Positions 1 through 11,189 of a stretch of DNA of 64,000 nucleotides are shown here, piece by piece (positions within the stretch are counted from its first letter, which is position 1; each line of letters opens with the position of its first letter). The stretch is from Isurus oxyrinchus. Taxonomy: Eukaryota. Location of the stretch: positions 98,952,001-99,016,000 of the forward strand of contig JANJGN010000021.1 of NCBI GenBank assembly GCA_026770705.1, written 5' to 3'. Position numbers and translations under genes: made by a program. Under the pieces are notes generated by a model. That model did no database searches and had not been told where the DNA came from. It saw only the letters and a program-made list of their open reading frames with translations.

Positions 1-599
1 GGACCGAGGCCATGGAGAGATTTGGAAACAAGGATCTGAACTTATTTGAGGAGTGGCTTGACTGGGAGACAATGCAGGGGTGACTGGGGAATGGAGTGCA
101 AGTTAGGATACGGGCAGCAGAGTATTAGATCATCTCCAGTTGATGTAGCGTGGGATGTGTGTGTGTGCGTGCGCCGGAATGTGGCAGAAGCAACTGATCA
201 GGTAGACTCAATATTCATCACAAGAATGTCCATGAGCTTCTTACACATCGTTGTTGGTGAAAATAGAGGGGGCACCTGGAGAGGGGTCCAAGGAGATTAT
301 GGAGAAGGGAAGTTAAAGGTTATCTTTGCTCCAGGATCATTCAGAAATGTCATGAATAGTTTTGACTTTGAGACCAGAGGATATTTTCCCACTGCTTTAG
401 GAATACAGGAACAGGAGGCAGTCAATGGCCTACCATTGCCCCATCATCCTTGAAACCCCTTGCCTTAGAAATATCTTTCCATCTAAAGATGGGATATTGT
501 CGCTGAAACGTCACTTCCAGGCATGGCTCACTAAGACCCAGGGCAGAAACTCGTCACCTTGATAGGCATCACCTGCGAATCGAGGACCAGCCGCAGCAG

Positions 600-990
600 A
601 GGACTAGTAACCCTCTCACCGCTGAGGCAGAAGGTTGTGGGTTCATGACCCATTCCAGAGGTTAGAGCGTATAAACTGAGCAAGTGCTGCACTGTTGGTG
701 GGGCCATTACTGGGGGAAGGCTGCACTGTCAGAAGTTGGTTCTGAGGGGCATTCCTTCAAATGTGACATTTAACCCAGGCCCCTTCTGCCCTCTGAGGTG
801 GACTTAAAAGATCCAGGGGTAGTATTTCAAAGGTGAACAGGGGCCTTATATCCTTTGACCTTAGTTAATGTTGATCACTGGACCAGCAATACAGACTGTC
901 TGGTTATTATAAAAGTGCTGTCCATGGGATCTTGCTGTGCATGAATTAGCTGCCGTGATTCCCAGTTTTCAACAGTGTCTACACTTCACT
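600..990 (+). mobile_element. Degenerate tRNA-derived SINE (DeuSINE/SacSINE-like), split by the CR1 at 1010-1590
   Basis: Box B-like GGGTTCATGACCC and body motif GGGATCTTGCTGTGCA..ATTAGCTGCC; tail-like CATTGGCTGTGAAG resumes near 1600. Boundaries approximate. Confidence 0.5.
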
Positions 991-1009
991 AATTATATTC
1001 AAACAAAAG

Positions 1010-1590
1010 CCATTGGTGAGACCGCACCTGGAGTACTGTGCACAGTTTTGGTCCCCTTACTTGAGGAAGGATGTAGTTGCACTGGAGGTGGTTCAGCGGA
1101 GGCTCACTAGATTGATTCCAGAGATGCAGGGCTTGTCTTATGAGGAGAGATTGAGCAGTTTAGGCCTATAGTCGCTAGAGTTTAGAAGGATGAGAGGAGA
1201 TCTAATTGAGGTATATAAGATGTTAAAAGGGATAGACAAAGTATACATGGAGCAGATGTTTCCCCTTGTGGGGTATTCTAGAACGAGAGGCCATAGTTTT
1301 AGGCTAAGGGGCAGTAGATTTAAATCAGAGATGAGGAGGAATTACTTTTCTCAAAGGGTCGTGAATCTGTGGAATTCACTACCCCAGAGTGCAGTGGATG
1401 CCGGGATGCTGAATAGATTTGAGGAGGAGATAGATAAATTTTTAATTAGTAACGGGTTGAAAGGTTATGGGGAGAGGGCAGCAAATTGGAGTTGAGGCCG
1501 AAATGAGATCAGACATGGTCGTATTGAATGGCGGGGCAGGCTCGAGGGACTGAATTGCCTACTCCTGCTCCTAGTTCTTAAGTTATGTCC
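1010..1590 (+). mobile_element. CR1-clade LINE 3' fragment
   Basis: ORF 1190-1495 reads MRGDLIEVYKML...RVVNLWNSLP, the typical CR1 RT C-terminus. Confidence 0.9.
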
Positions 1591-2384
1591 TTATTACCTC
1601 ATTGGCTGTGAAGGACTGTGGGGTTCCATGTTATCTACAGCATTGCCTATAATGGCCCCACACCTACCCGAGCCACTCACTTACTCCTTACATGTTTCCA
1701 CATACTTTTACCATTTGCCTCTAGATAACCCGAACTTTTTCTCTTCCTTAAGCTCTCAGTATAATCTTTCTGTTCCTTTCTTACTCACACTCTTTATCAG
1801 AACCTTCCACATTCCCACCTGTCCCTGTATCTGTGTTAACCACTTCCTCGAGTTTTTATACTGTGTCATGTCCCACATCTGGACATCAGTTACCTGGCTG
1901 CATAAGTGAAATTATTGCTCTTTTGGGGAATATTTCAGTCTTGTGTTGTACTAAACACTTCTTTTCAATACCTCCCACTGTTTCTCTGTATCTCCATCCA
2001 TGACAGCTCAGCTCAGGCTCACAGGTTCAGCTTAATTCCCATTCTTCAAAGTCTCAGCCTTTCTTCAGTTTAATACATGGTTGGTGTGATTTTTCTCCAC
2101 CTCAAACTTCATGTTAAACTCTAACATGCAATGTTCACTGTTTGCAAGTTGTTCCCTTACTGTCATGATTTAAATTAATTGTGGTCATTTCCTCGTTACT
2201 AAATCGAGTTCAGCCAGTTTCCTTGTCACTTTTAAAAATGCATTGAAAACTGTCCAGAAAACACTATAGAAATTCACTGTCTTCACAGTCTGTGGTCTTT
2301 GGCTTCTCTCAATCAATGTGAAAATTAAAATTGTCCATTTGATCCATTTTCCATTTGTTCCCAACTTCTCTGATCTCGGTATTA

Positions 2385-2822
2385 CACACATACGAATTTG
2401 GAGCAGGCGTAGGCCATTCAGCTCTTTTGCCTGCTCCGCCACTTGATAAGGTCATGGCTGATCTGACTGTAGCTCCAATTTCCTGTCTACCCCATATACT
2501 CTTTGACTCCCTTGTCAAGAAGCTATCTACCTCAGCATTCAATGACCCTGCCTCTACTGCTATCTGGTGAAGTGTTACAGACTCACGACCCTCTGAGAAA
2601 AAACTTTCTCATCATCTCAGTCCTAACTGGGAGAACCCTTATTTATAAATTGTGTCCCCTAGTTCTGGGCTCCCTCATAAGGGGAAACTTTGTCTCAGCA
2701 TCCACCCTGTCAAGTCCCCTCAGGATCTTATATTTCAGTAAGTTTACCTCTCATTCTTCTAAACTCCAACGGACACAGGCCCAACCTGTGCTCATAAGAC
2801 AACACCTTCATCCCAGGAATCA
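2385..2822 (-). mobile_element. CR1-clade LINE 3' fragment in intron 1 of gene A
   Basis: CR1 3' tail sequence; it interrupts intron sequence that is continuous in gene B (about 13600-13700). Confidence 0.75.
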
Positions 2823-3044
2823 GCCGATCGTGTTCCTACATCCTGCTGTCAGGGGAGCTGGACACAAATCCCATCAGAGTCTTACAGACTGTGCTGACTT
2901 CAATGATGTAAAATATCAGGCTGCCTGTATAACAGGGGGCTGATCAAACATCACCCATTTCAAACTCTCACCGAAAGATTCCAATTAACCCCAGAGAGAG
3001 AGAGAGAGTGAGAGTGAGAATGGAGGGCTGAATTCTGTACTTAC

Positions 3045-3096
3045 CGGGAGAGACCCAGGAAAAACACAGGGAGATGGAGAAAAGGATCAGCAACAT
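3045..3096 (-). CDS. MHC class I-like gene A, exon 1 (signal peptide MLLILFSISLCFSWVSP); remaining exons lie left of the window
   Basis: 52-nt ATG-to-GTAAGT phase-1 exon, identical to the leader exons at 13376 and 51581. Confidence 0.85.
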
Positions 3097-3159
3097 TCTG
3101 GGAATCCACTCTCCCTGTTCCAATCAGAGACTGGGAATGAAACACTCTGAGGGGGGAAA

Positions 3160-3345
3160 CTAATACTTTTTATAGACTGGGAAAAACAAAACAAAAACAA
3201 GCTTATCGAGGATCCATTTCACTATTTCAGTTGCACTTTGATCATTTCCTGATTATAGAACCAGAAGGTGAATGATTGGTTAGTTCCAGAAAAATACCCA
3301 ATTAACTGGATAAACAGTCACTCGTCACCTGTTACCAGGAGGATC
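3160..3345 (-). promoter_or_regulatory. Gene A promoter: X1/X2 box, Y box (ATTGG), second CCAAT, TATA
   Basis: Minus strand reads CCTGGTAACAGGTG-ACG...ATTGG (CCAAT at 3298-3302 on +); TATAAA near 3170; the block is conserved upstream of the B and C leaders. Confidence 0.7.
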
Positions 3346-3460
3346 AAACTGAGACAAGTTAAAATTTTGGGTGCAAGCAAACAACAACTTATATTTATAT
3401 AGCACCTTTCACCGAATGAAACGTCCCCCAGATGCTTCAGGGGAACATTATAAAACAAAG

Positions 3461-5899
3461 CAAAAACAGAATTACCTGGAAAAACTCAGCAGGTCTGGCA
3501 GCATCGGCGGAGAAGAAAAGAGTTGACGTTTCGAGTCCTCATGACCCTTCGACAGAACTTGATTTCGAGTCCAAGAGTTGAAATATAAGCTGGTTTAAGG
3601 TGTGTGTGTGGGGGGGCGGAGAGAGAGAGAGAGACAGAGGTGCTTGTGTAGACAAACAAGCAGTGATAGAAGCAGATCATCAAAAGATGTCAGGGACAAT
3701 GGTACAAAAGAACACATAGTTGTTAAAGTTAAAGTTGGTGATATTATCTAAACGAATGTGCTAATTAAGAATGGATGGTAGGGCACTCAAGGTACAGCTC
3801 TAGTGGGGGTGGGGGGAGCATAAAAGATTTTAAAATATTTAAAAATAATGGAAATAGGTGGGAAAAGAAAAATCTATAAAATTTATAGGGAAAAAAAGGG
3901 GAAAAAAGGGGGGGAAACAGAAAGGGGGTGGGGATGGGGGAGGGAGCTCACGACCTAAAGTTATTGAATTCAATATTCAGACCGGAAGGCTGTAAGGTGC
4001 CTAGTCGGAAGATGAGGTGTTGTTCCTCCAGTTTGCGTTGGGCTTCACTGGAACAATGCAGTAAGCCAAGGACAGACATGTGGGCAAGAGAGCAGGGTGG
4101 AGTGTTAAAATGGCAAGCCACAGGGAGGTTTGGGTCATTCTTGCGGACAGACCGCAGGTGTTCTGCAAAGCGGTCGCCCAGTTTACGTTTGGTCTCTCCA
4201 ATGTAGAGGAAACCACATTGGGAGCAACGAATGCAGTAGACTAAGTTGGGGGAAATGCAAGTGAAATGCTGCTTCACTTGAAAGGAGTGTTTGGGCCCTT
4301 GGACGGTGAGGAGAGAGGAAGTGAAGGGGCAGGTGTTACATCTTTTGCATGGGCATGGGGTGGTGCCATAGGAGGGGGTTGAGGAGTAGGGGGTGATGGA
4401 GGAGTGGACCAGGGTGTCCCGGAGGGAGCGATCCCTACGGAATGCCGATAAGGGGGGTGAAGGGAAGATGTGTTTGGTGGTGGCATCATGCTGGAGTTGG
4501 CGGAAATGGCGGAGGATGATCCTTTGAATGCGGAGGCTGGTGGGGTGATAAGTGAGGACAAGGGGGACCCTATCATGTTTCTGGGAGGGAGGAGAAGGCG
4601 TGAGGGCGGATGCGTGGGAGATGGGCCGGACACGGTTGAGGGCCCTGTCAACGACCGTCGGTGGAAAACCTCGGTTAAGGAAGAAGGAGGACATGTCAGA
4701 GGAACCGTTTTTGAAGGTAGCATCATCGGAACAGATGCGACGAAGGCGAAGGAACTGGGAGAATGGGATGGAGTCCTTACAGGAAGCGGGGTGTGAGGAG
4801 CTGTAGTCAAGGTAGCTGTGGGAGTCGGTGGGTTTGTAATGGATATTGGTGGACAGTCTATCACCAGAGATTGAGACAGAGAGGTCAAGGAAGGGAAGGG
4901 AAGTGTCAGAGATGGACCACGTGAAAATGATGGAGGGGTGGAGATTGGAAGCAAAATTAATAAATTTTTCCAAGTCCCGACAAGAGCATGAAGCGGCACC
5001 GAAGTAATCATCGATGTACCGGAGAAAAAGTTGTGGAAGGGGGCCGGAGAAAAAGTTGTGGAAGGGGGCCGGGGTAGGACTGCAACAAGGAATGTTCCAC
5101 ATATCCCATAAAGAGACAGGCATAGCTGGGGCCCATGCGGGTACCCATAGCCACACCTTTTATTTGGAGAAAGTGAGAGGAGTTGAAGGAGAAATTGTTC
5201 AACGTGAGAACAAGTTCAGCCAGACGGAGGAGAGTAGTGGTGGATGGGGATTGTTCGGGCCTCTGTTCGAGGAAGAAGCTAAGGGCCCTCAGACCATCCT
5301 GGTGGGGGATGGAGGTGTAGAGGGATTGGACGTCCATGGTGAAGAGGAAGCGGTTGGAGCCAGGGAACTGGAAATTGTTGATGTGACGTAAGGTGTCAGA
5401 GGAATCACGGATGTAGGTGGGAAGGGACTGGACAAGGGGAGAGAGAAGGGAGTCAAGATAACGAGAAATGAGTTCTGTGGGGCAGGAGCAAGCTGAGACG
5501 ATCGGTCTACCAGGGCAGTTCTGTTTGTGGATTTTAGGTAGGAGATAGAAGCGGGCCGTCCGAGGTTGGGTGACTATCAGGTTGGAAGCTGTGGGAGGGA
5601 GATCCCCAGAGGAGATGAGGTCAGTGACAGTCCTGGAAACAATGGCTTGATGTTCAGTGGTGGGGTCATGGTCCAGGGAGAGGTAGGAGGAAGTGTCTGC
5701 GAGTTGACGCTCAGCCTCCGCGAGGTAGAGGTCAGTGCGCCAGACAACAACAGCACCACCCTTGTCAGCGGGTTTGATGACAATGTCAGGGTTGGATCTG
5801 AGAGAATGGAGTGCAGTAAGTTCAGAGAGAGACAGGTTAGAATGGGTGAGAGGAGCAGAGAAATTGAGACAACTAATGTCGCGCCGACAGTTCTCAATG
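3461..5899 (-). mobile_element. Penelope-like retroelement (RT + GIY-YIG, Neptune-type), 5'-truncated, inserted into an L2 3' end
   Basis: RT motifs DVQSLYTSI, GVAMGTRMGP and LRYIDD; Cys linker PCPCKRCNTC; GIY-YIG NLVYCIRC..LYIGET. A 25-bp duplication at 5019-5068 shifts the frame. 13-bp flanking repeat TTATAAAACAAAG at 3448-3460 and 5914-5926. Confidence 0.95.
3520..3560 (-). ncRNA. Minimal type I hammerhead ribozyme-like motif at the Penelope terminus (variant core)
   Basis: AGTT-CTGTCGA-A-GGGTC(ATGAG)GACTC-GAAA-CG-TC-AACT: stem I, core, stem II and minimal stem III; A6 is replaced by U. Confidence 0.6.
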
Positions 5900-5926
5900 T
5901 TATTAAAACAAAGTTATAAAACAAAG

Positions 5927-6270
5927 GATGACCCTGAGTCACACAGGTCAATGCCCACAAGCTTTCTCAGGGAAGCAGTTTTTAAGAATGTTTTACAGAG
6001 AGACTGAGAGGTGGAGGGAGAGAATTCCAGATCTATGGGCCGAGGCTGCTGAAGGCACAGCCCCCATTGTGGGTGGTTATAATTCCTGATGCTCACAGAG
6101 TCAGCATTAGAGGAGGACAGATATCTCACAGGGATGTGGGGCTGGAGGAGATTACAGAAATAGGGAGGGACAAGGCTGTGGACAGATTGGAATTTTAAAA
6201 TTGAGGTGTTGCTTGACTTGGAACCAATGGAGGTCAAAGAGCACAGGGGTAATTGAGGAACAGGACTTGG
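5927..6270 (-). mobile_element. L2-type LINE 3' fragment (continues at about 3380-3447)
   Basis: L2-like 3' coding remnant and TTTATATAGCACCTTT tail on the other side of the Penelope insertion. Confidence 0.55.
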
Positions 6271-8462
6271 GTCATGTGCAGAGAGCCCAGTGTGGGGGTT
6301 CTGGAATGAGTCGTGTGCAGAGAATCTAGTGGACTCCCTCTGCTGACATTCCTCCTGTTAGTTTCATTTCCCCCTGTTGCAGGGTACTATTAACGATAGA
6401 ATTGATCTGCAGACACTTCTTGAGTGGAAACATTAAGTTTTACAATATACTGAGCAACAACTACACAACTTTCAACTCCAACTCCCTGCTACTCTCCCAT
6501 TGGTTATGACAGATCACATGATCTTCCTTAACACATCCTATTCTTAAAGGTACATTGCACACTAAATAAAATCATAACTACTACCTTCCTCCCCCTTTAA
6601 CTCACCTACACCTGTCATATCGACAAGTAGTTATTTTTCAAGCTAACATAATATTTACACTGGGTGAGGAATTTACAAGTTCAGTCTTTTAGTTGGTTTC
6701 TGGTACGTGTGGAACGTCACAGCTCCACAACTTCAGATTCTTTGTCAAGAACCTGCTTTTCCGGAGTTGCCTGAACATAAGGTGCTTCAGTGGGCACTTC
6801 CAGTTCTGTATCCTCAACTCTTACAGGAACATCAGGCATGTCAGTCCTGGGTTGAGTATTCTCAACAGGAAACACAGACCTGGTCATGATCACTGGTGGA
6901 ACCAAATCTTGGTGATTTGTTCTCTCACATAAATGGTCCACAGGTTTATGGATGATCCGGCCTTCCACCTCCACATGGTAAAATAGACATCCAGTCACCA
7001 CACTTATTTCACCCGGTAACCACTTTGGTCCCCCCCTGAAATTTTTCACATATACCGGTTCTCCCACGGTAAATTTCCTCTCGCGACCATGCCAGTCGTG
7101 TCTAGTTTTCTGGCTTCCTTGACTCCTTTCCACCTTCCCCTCTAAATTCAACATTATTAAGTTCAATCTCGTCCTGAGATAGCATTTCAACAATAACTCC
7201 ACAGGTGTGACACCTATTCTCATGTGAGGGGTGGCTCTGTAATGAAAATGCGAGTGTGCTAGCTTGGTTGCCAAGGAATCTCCAGTTAGCATTTTCACTC
7301 CTGCCTGGAACGTTTGAACCACCCTTGCAGCCAGTCAGTTTGAGGGAGGGTGGTACGTTGCAGTTTTCTCATAAGTGATACCGTTGAGGCTGATAAACCA
7401 TTGAAACTCAGCACTTGTAAATGCCGTGCCATTATTGGAAATGACTACTTCTGGTAGTCCATGAATGGAGATTCTCAATTGCAGCGCCCGATATTGGTGA
7501 CTTCATCTCATGTACATCCAACCATTTTGAATGGGCATCGACAATGAGCAGAAACATTTATCCCAAGGAAGGGCCAACGTAGTCAATATGTAACCGCACC
7601 CAAGATCTACCTGGCCACTCCCGGGGGTGTGACAGAGCTGTCACTGGCAACTTTTGCAGTTGCTGACATTGCACACAGTGCTTTACTAAACTCTCTATTT
7701 TGCCATCCATCCCAGGCCACCATAGACAGCTGCATGCTATGGTCTTCATTCGGGAAATTCCTGGATGGGCATTGCGTAGTTCAATTAAAAGTGGCTCCCT
7801 TCCCTTTGGAGAAATCATCACTCGTGGACCCTACAATAAGATGCCATCCTGGCTGGTTATTTCATGTCTTCTGTTGAAGTACGGTTTCATTTTGTCAGAT
7901 ATGGGCCCCTGTAATCAACCTTGTAGCACTTGTGGTGGCTCTGTACGTACTGGTGAAATTTCTTGACACCAATGATGATGGACAGTTCTTCTTTTTCAAT
8001 CTGCAAGTATCCCTTTTCCACTGTGGTGGGCGTTCTTGACACGTAACCGATGGGCCACTCCATGCTGTCATCCATCTGATGAGAGAGCACTGCTCCCACT
8101 CTGTAGGGAGGTGCGTCACATGTCAGCACCAATTCTTTTGTCTGGTTGTAATGCACTATTAAACTGGACAAGAGCAACAATTATTTCACCTATGAAAGCT
8201 TCTTTCTGGGCCACCTCCAAGACCAAGGTTGGTTCTTTTTGAGTAGAGAATGCAAGGAGGCCAGCACTGTAGACAAATTTGGTAAGTACCACCCATAATA
8301 GTTGATCATTCCTGGGAATGATTTGAGCTCTGAGGCATTCTTTGGTGCAGGTGCCTCTCTTATGGCTCTCACTTTCTCCTCAGCCAGGTGGAGGCCCCCT
8401 GAATCTACCCGGTGACCCAATTAGATTAACTCCCTCACTAGGAACTTGCACTTTTCTTTTCT

Positions 8463-9720
8463 CTAGAGAGGACTTTAACCTCGACCTTCTTTATGACTTC
8501 ACTACTGGCTAGACTTTGCTCAGATGCAGACTCAACATGTCTGAGCTCAGTGGCTGAGTCTCCCAAAATTTCATTATCTGTCTGCTTCTTGGAAAATTCA
8601 GCAACCTTTGCTTCCAAAGACTCTTTTTGGCTTCATTTAGCTGATTCTTCAGCCCTTCTGTCTCTTTTTTGTATTTGTTGGCTGCTTCCTGGACAATTGA
8701 ACATTGTTGTGTCTTCTCTGCTGACTCATCCTTCAGCTTGTTCAGAGAGATGCTGAATTCTCTCTGTTTCTCTTCATACTGTTCCAGAGGTACAACCTTT
8801 GACTTCACAGAATCACAGTGCAGAAGAGGCCCTTCGGCCCATCGAGTCTGCACCGACATATGAGAAACACCTGACCTCCCTACCTAATCCCATTTACCAG
8901 CACTTGGCCCATAGCCTTGAATGTTATGACGTGCCAAGTGCTCATCCAGGTACTTTTTAAAGGATGTGAGGCAACCCGCCTCCACCACCCTCCCAGGCAG
9001 CGCATTCCAGTCCGTCACCACCCTCTGGGTAAAAAAGATTTTCCTCACATCCCCCCGAAACCTCCTGCCCCTCACCTTGAACTTGTGTCCCCTCATGACT
9101 GACCCTTCAACTAAGAGGAACAGCTGCTCCCTATCCACCCTGTCGATGCCCCTCATAATCTTGTACACCTCGATCAGGTTGCCCCTCAGTCTTCTCTGCT
9201 CCAACGAAAACAATCCAAGTCTACCCGACCTCTCCCCATAACTTAAATGCTTCATCCCAGGCAACATCCTGGTGAATCTCCTCTGCACCCCCTCCAGTGC
9301 AATCTCATGCTTCCTATGATGTGGCGACCAGAACTGCACACAGTACTCCAGCTGTGGCCTCACCAAGGTTCTATACAACTCCAACATGATCTCCCTACTT
9401 TTGTAATCTATGCCTCGATTGATAAAGGCAAGTGTCCCATATGCCTTTTTCACCACCCCACTAACATGCCCCTCCACCTTCAGAGATCTTGATTGTTGAA
9501 GAAATCTTGTAGTGTGTGAAGGTCTTTCAACAGGTTTTCTTTCTCTCTGTGAAAGTTGCTCACTTCGTCTCAAACTCTGTCATCAAGCAGGGTCTCTTTG
9601 AGTTTCTTCTGCTGTTCTTCCAGGTTTTTGCTTAAGGCAGTCTGCATTTCTTCAGGTTGTTGACTCCTTATCCACTCCTTTTCCAAAACAGGGATGCTTC
9701 CAGCTTCTTTTTGGAATCCC
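8463..9720 (-). pseudogene. UACA: UACA-like coiled-coil gene fragment inside the Gypsy element, split by a CR1
   Basis: Translates as EKEWIRSQQPEEMQTALSKNLEE..DEVSNFHREKENLLKDLHTLQDFF / KSKVVPLEQYEEKQREFSISLNKLKDESAEKTQQCSIVQEAANKYKKETEGLK. This is collinear with the UACA coiled coil as I recall it; not searched. Confidence 0.65.
8806..9489 (-). mobile_element. CR1-clade LINE 3' fragment nested in the UACA-like segment
   Basis: ORF 8884-9573 contains LVRPQLEYCVQFWSP..WNALP; CACAGAAT tail repeats at 8806. Confidence 0.92.
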
Positions 9721-11189
9721 AGTGGTTAACCAAGGTTGATTTCCCTTAGCCAATTTTGCCCCAAAACACTTGGTCCTCTGTCTCTCAGTACCAACACTGG
9801 TAGCTTAGCCGATTGGCTTCCATAATAGACTGTTACTCTGCTTATGCCTTTTACTTTAATGTCTTCAGCCATATATGTCTTTAGTTTGGCATTTGTTTCT
9901 TCTAACTTAGTTGATGTTTACTATTATTCAATTATCTAAAGGTATGTCCCCCAGTTACAGTAGTGGAAACTCCCATGTCCACTTCTATTCTAACAGGTTT
10001 GCCATTTACTTTCACTGTATCATATGTCCATGCCATTTGAATTTTTTAAACAGATAATCGCTATAAGACTGATTGTTTCCATGTCTATTAAAATTATTCT
10101 TCAATTTTGCAGCTAAGTTATTTTTCTTTATTCTTCAACTAGCGGGGGCTGTTTCCTGCCTCTCAACAGAGTCTCACTCCTTCGCACCTCTTTCAGTTGA
10201 GGTTTCCTACCTGATGTGGAGAACAGTGCCGTTTTGTGTACTCTGTATTGCTTTTGAATCTCTTTCTGCACTTCCCATGGCCAGCACCATCTCTAGTGCT
10301 TTCTTGAAATCCAGATTCACTTTGGACAATAATCTTTTCTGAATAGTGTTCTCTTTCACATCATACACTAAATGATCTCTGAGCATGTTGTTCAGAGTCT
10401 CACACCGAGCTCACTGTCCCATTAGCTGCTTCAAATTTGCCACGAAGCATGAAATTGTCTCACCCAGGGCTCTATTTTGCAAATTAAACCTGAACATCTG
10501 CATCGTGACTGAGGGCTCGGATTGAAACTGACCCTTTACGAGGTCCACAAATTCATCAACGTTTTTCAAATCTGCGTCATTGGGTGCGGTCAAACTTTGA
10601 ATCAGTCTGTAGGCTTTGCTCCCAAAAGTACTCAAGAGGATTGCTTGCCTCTTCGCTTGCTTGAGAAAATAACATGAGGCGTTCTATGTATTGAGGGCAA
10701 TCACCTGTGGCTGGTTCAAAAGGATCAATTCTCCCAAATTGTGGCACTTTGAGAGGGAATAATTTCTTCAATTCTAACGGAGCTTGCTACTCACAATCAC
10801 TGGGCGAGGTACAGTGCTGATTTCTTTCTAACTTGATTTCTTCTGTTCAATCCTGTTATATCCTCATTGCCAGTTTGTTGTAGGTGGCTGAGTTGTACTA
10901 TTAATGATAGAGTTGATCTGCAGACACTTCTTGGGTAGAAATATTAAGTTTATTTGCAATATACTCAGTAGCAACAAGATGTGTGCTTTCAACTCAGTGT
11001 CTGTCTCTGCACTGACTTTGCCTGTGCTACTCTCCTATTGGTTACTACTGATCATGTGATCTTCCTTAATGAATATTATTCTCAAAGGTACATTGCACAC
11101 TCAATAAAACCACCATTACTACACCACCCCTCACTCGGATCCTGTTAGTTTGACTCCCTCCCCTCACTCTTCTCCTGTTACTTTGACTC

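Larger units (their letters stand above)
6375..11123 (-). mobile_element. Defective Ty3/Gypsy LTR retrotransposon (gag, protease, RT remnant, RNase H, integrase)
   Basis: LTRs at 10876-11123 (TG..CA) and 6375-6584; PBS TGGCAATGAGG; PPT AAAGGGGGAGGAAG; gag FGRIDPFEP; RNase H LTCDAPPYRVGAVLSH; integrase HPGISRMK..C..C. Many stops and frameshifts. Confidence 0.92.
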
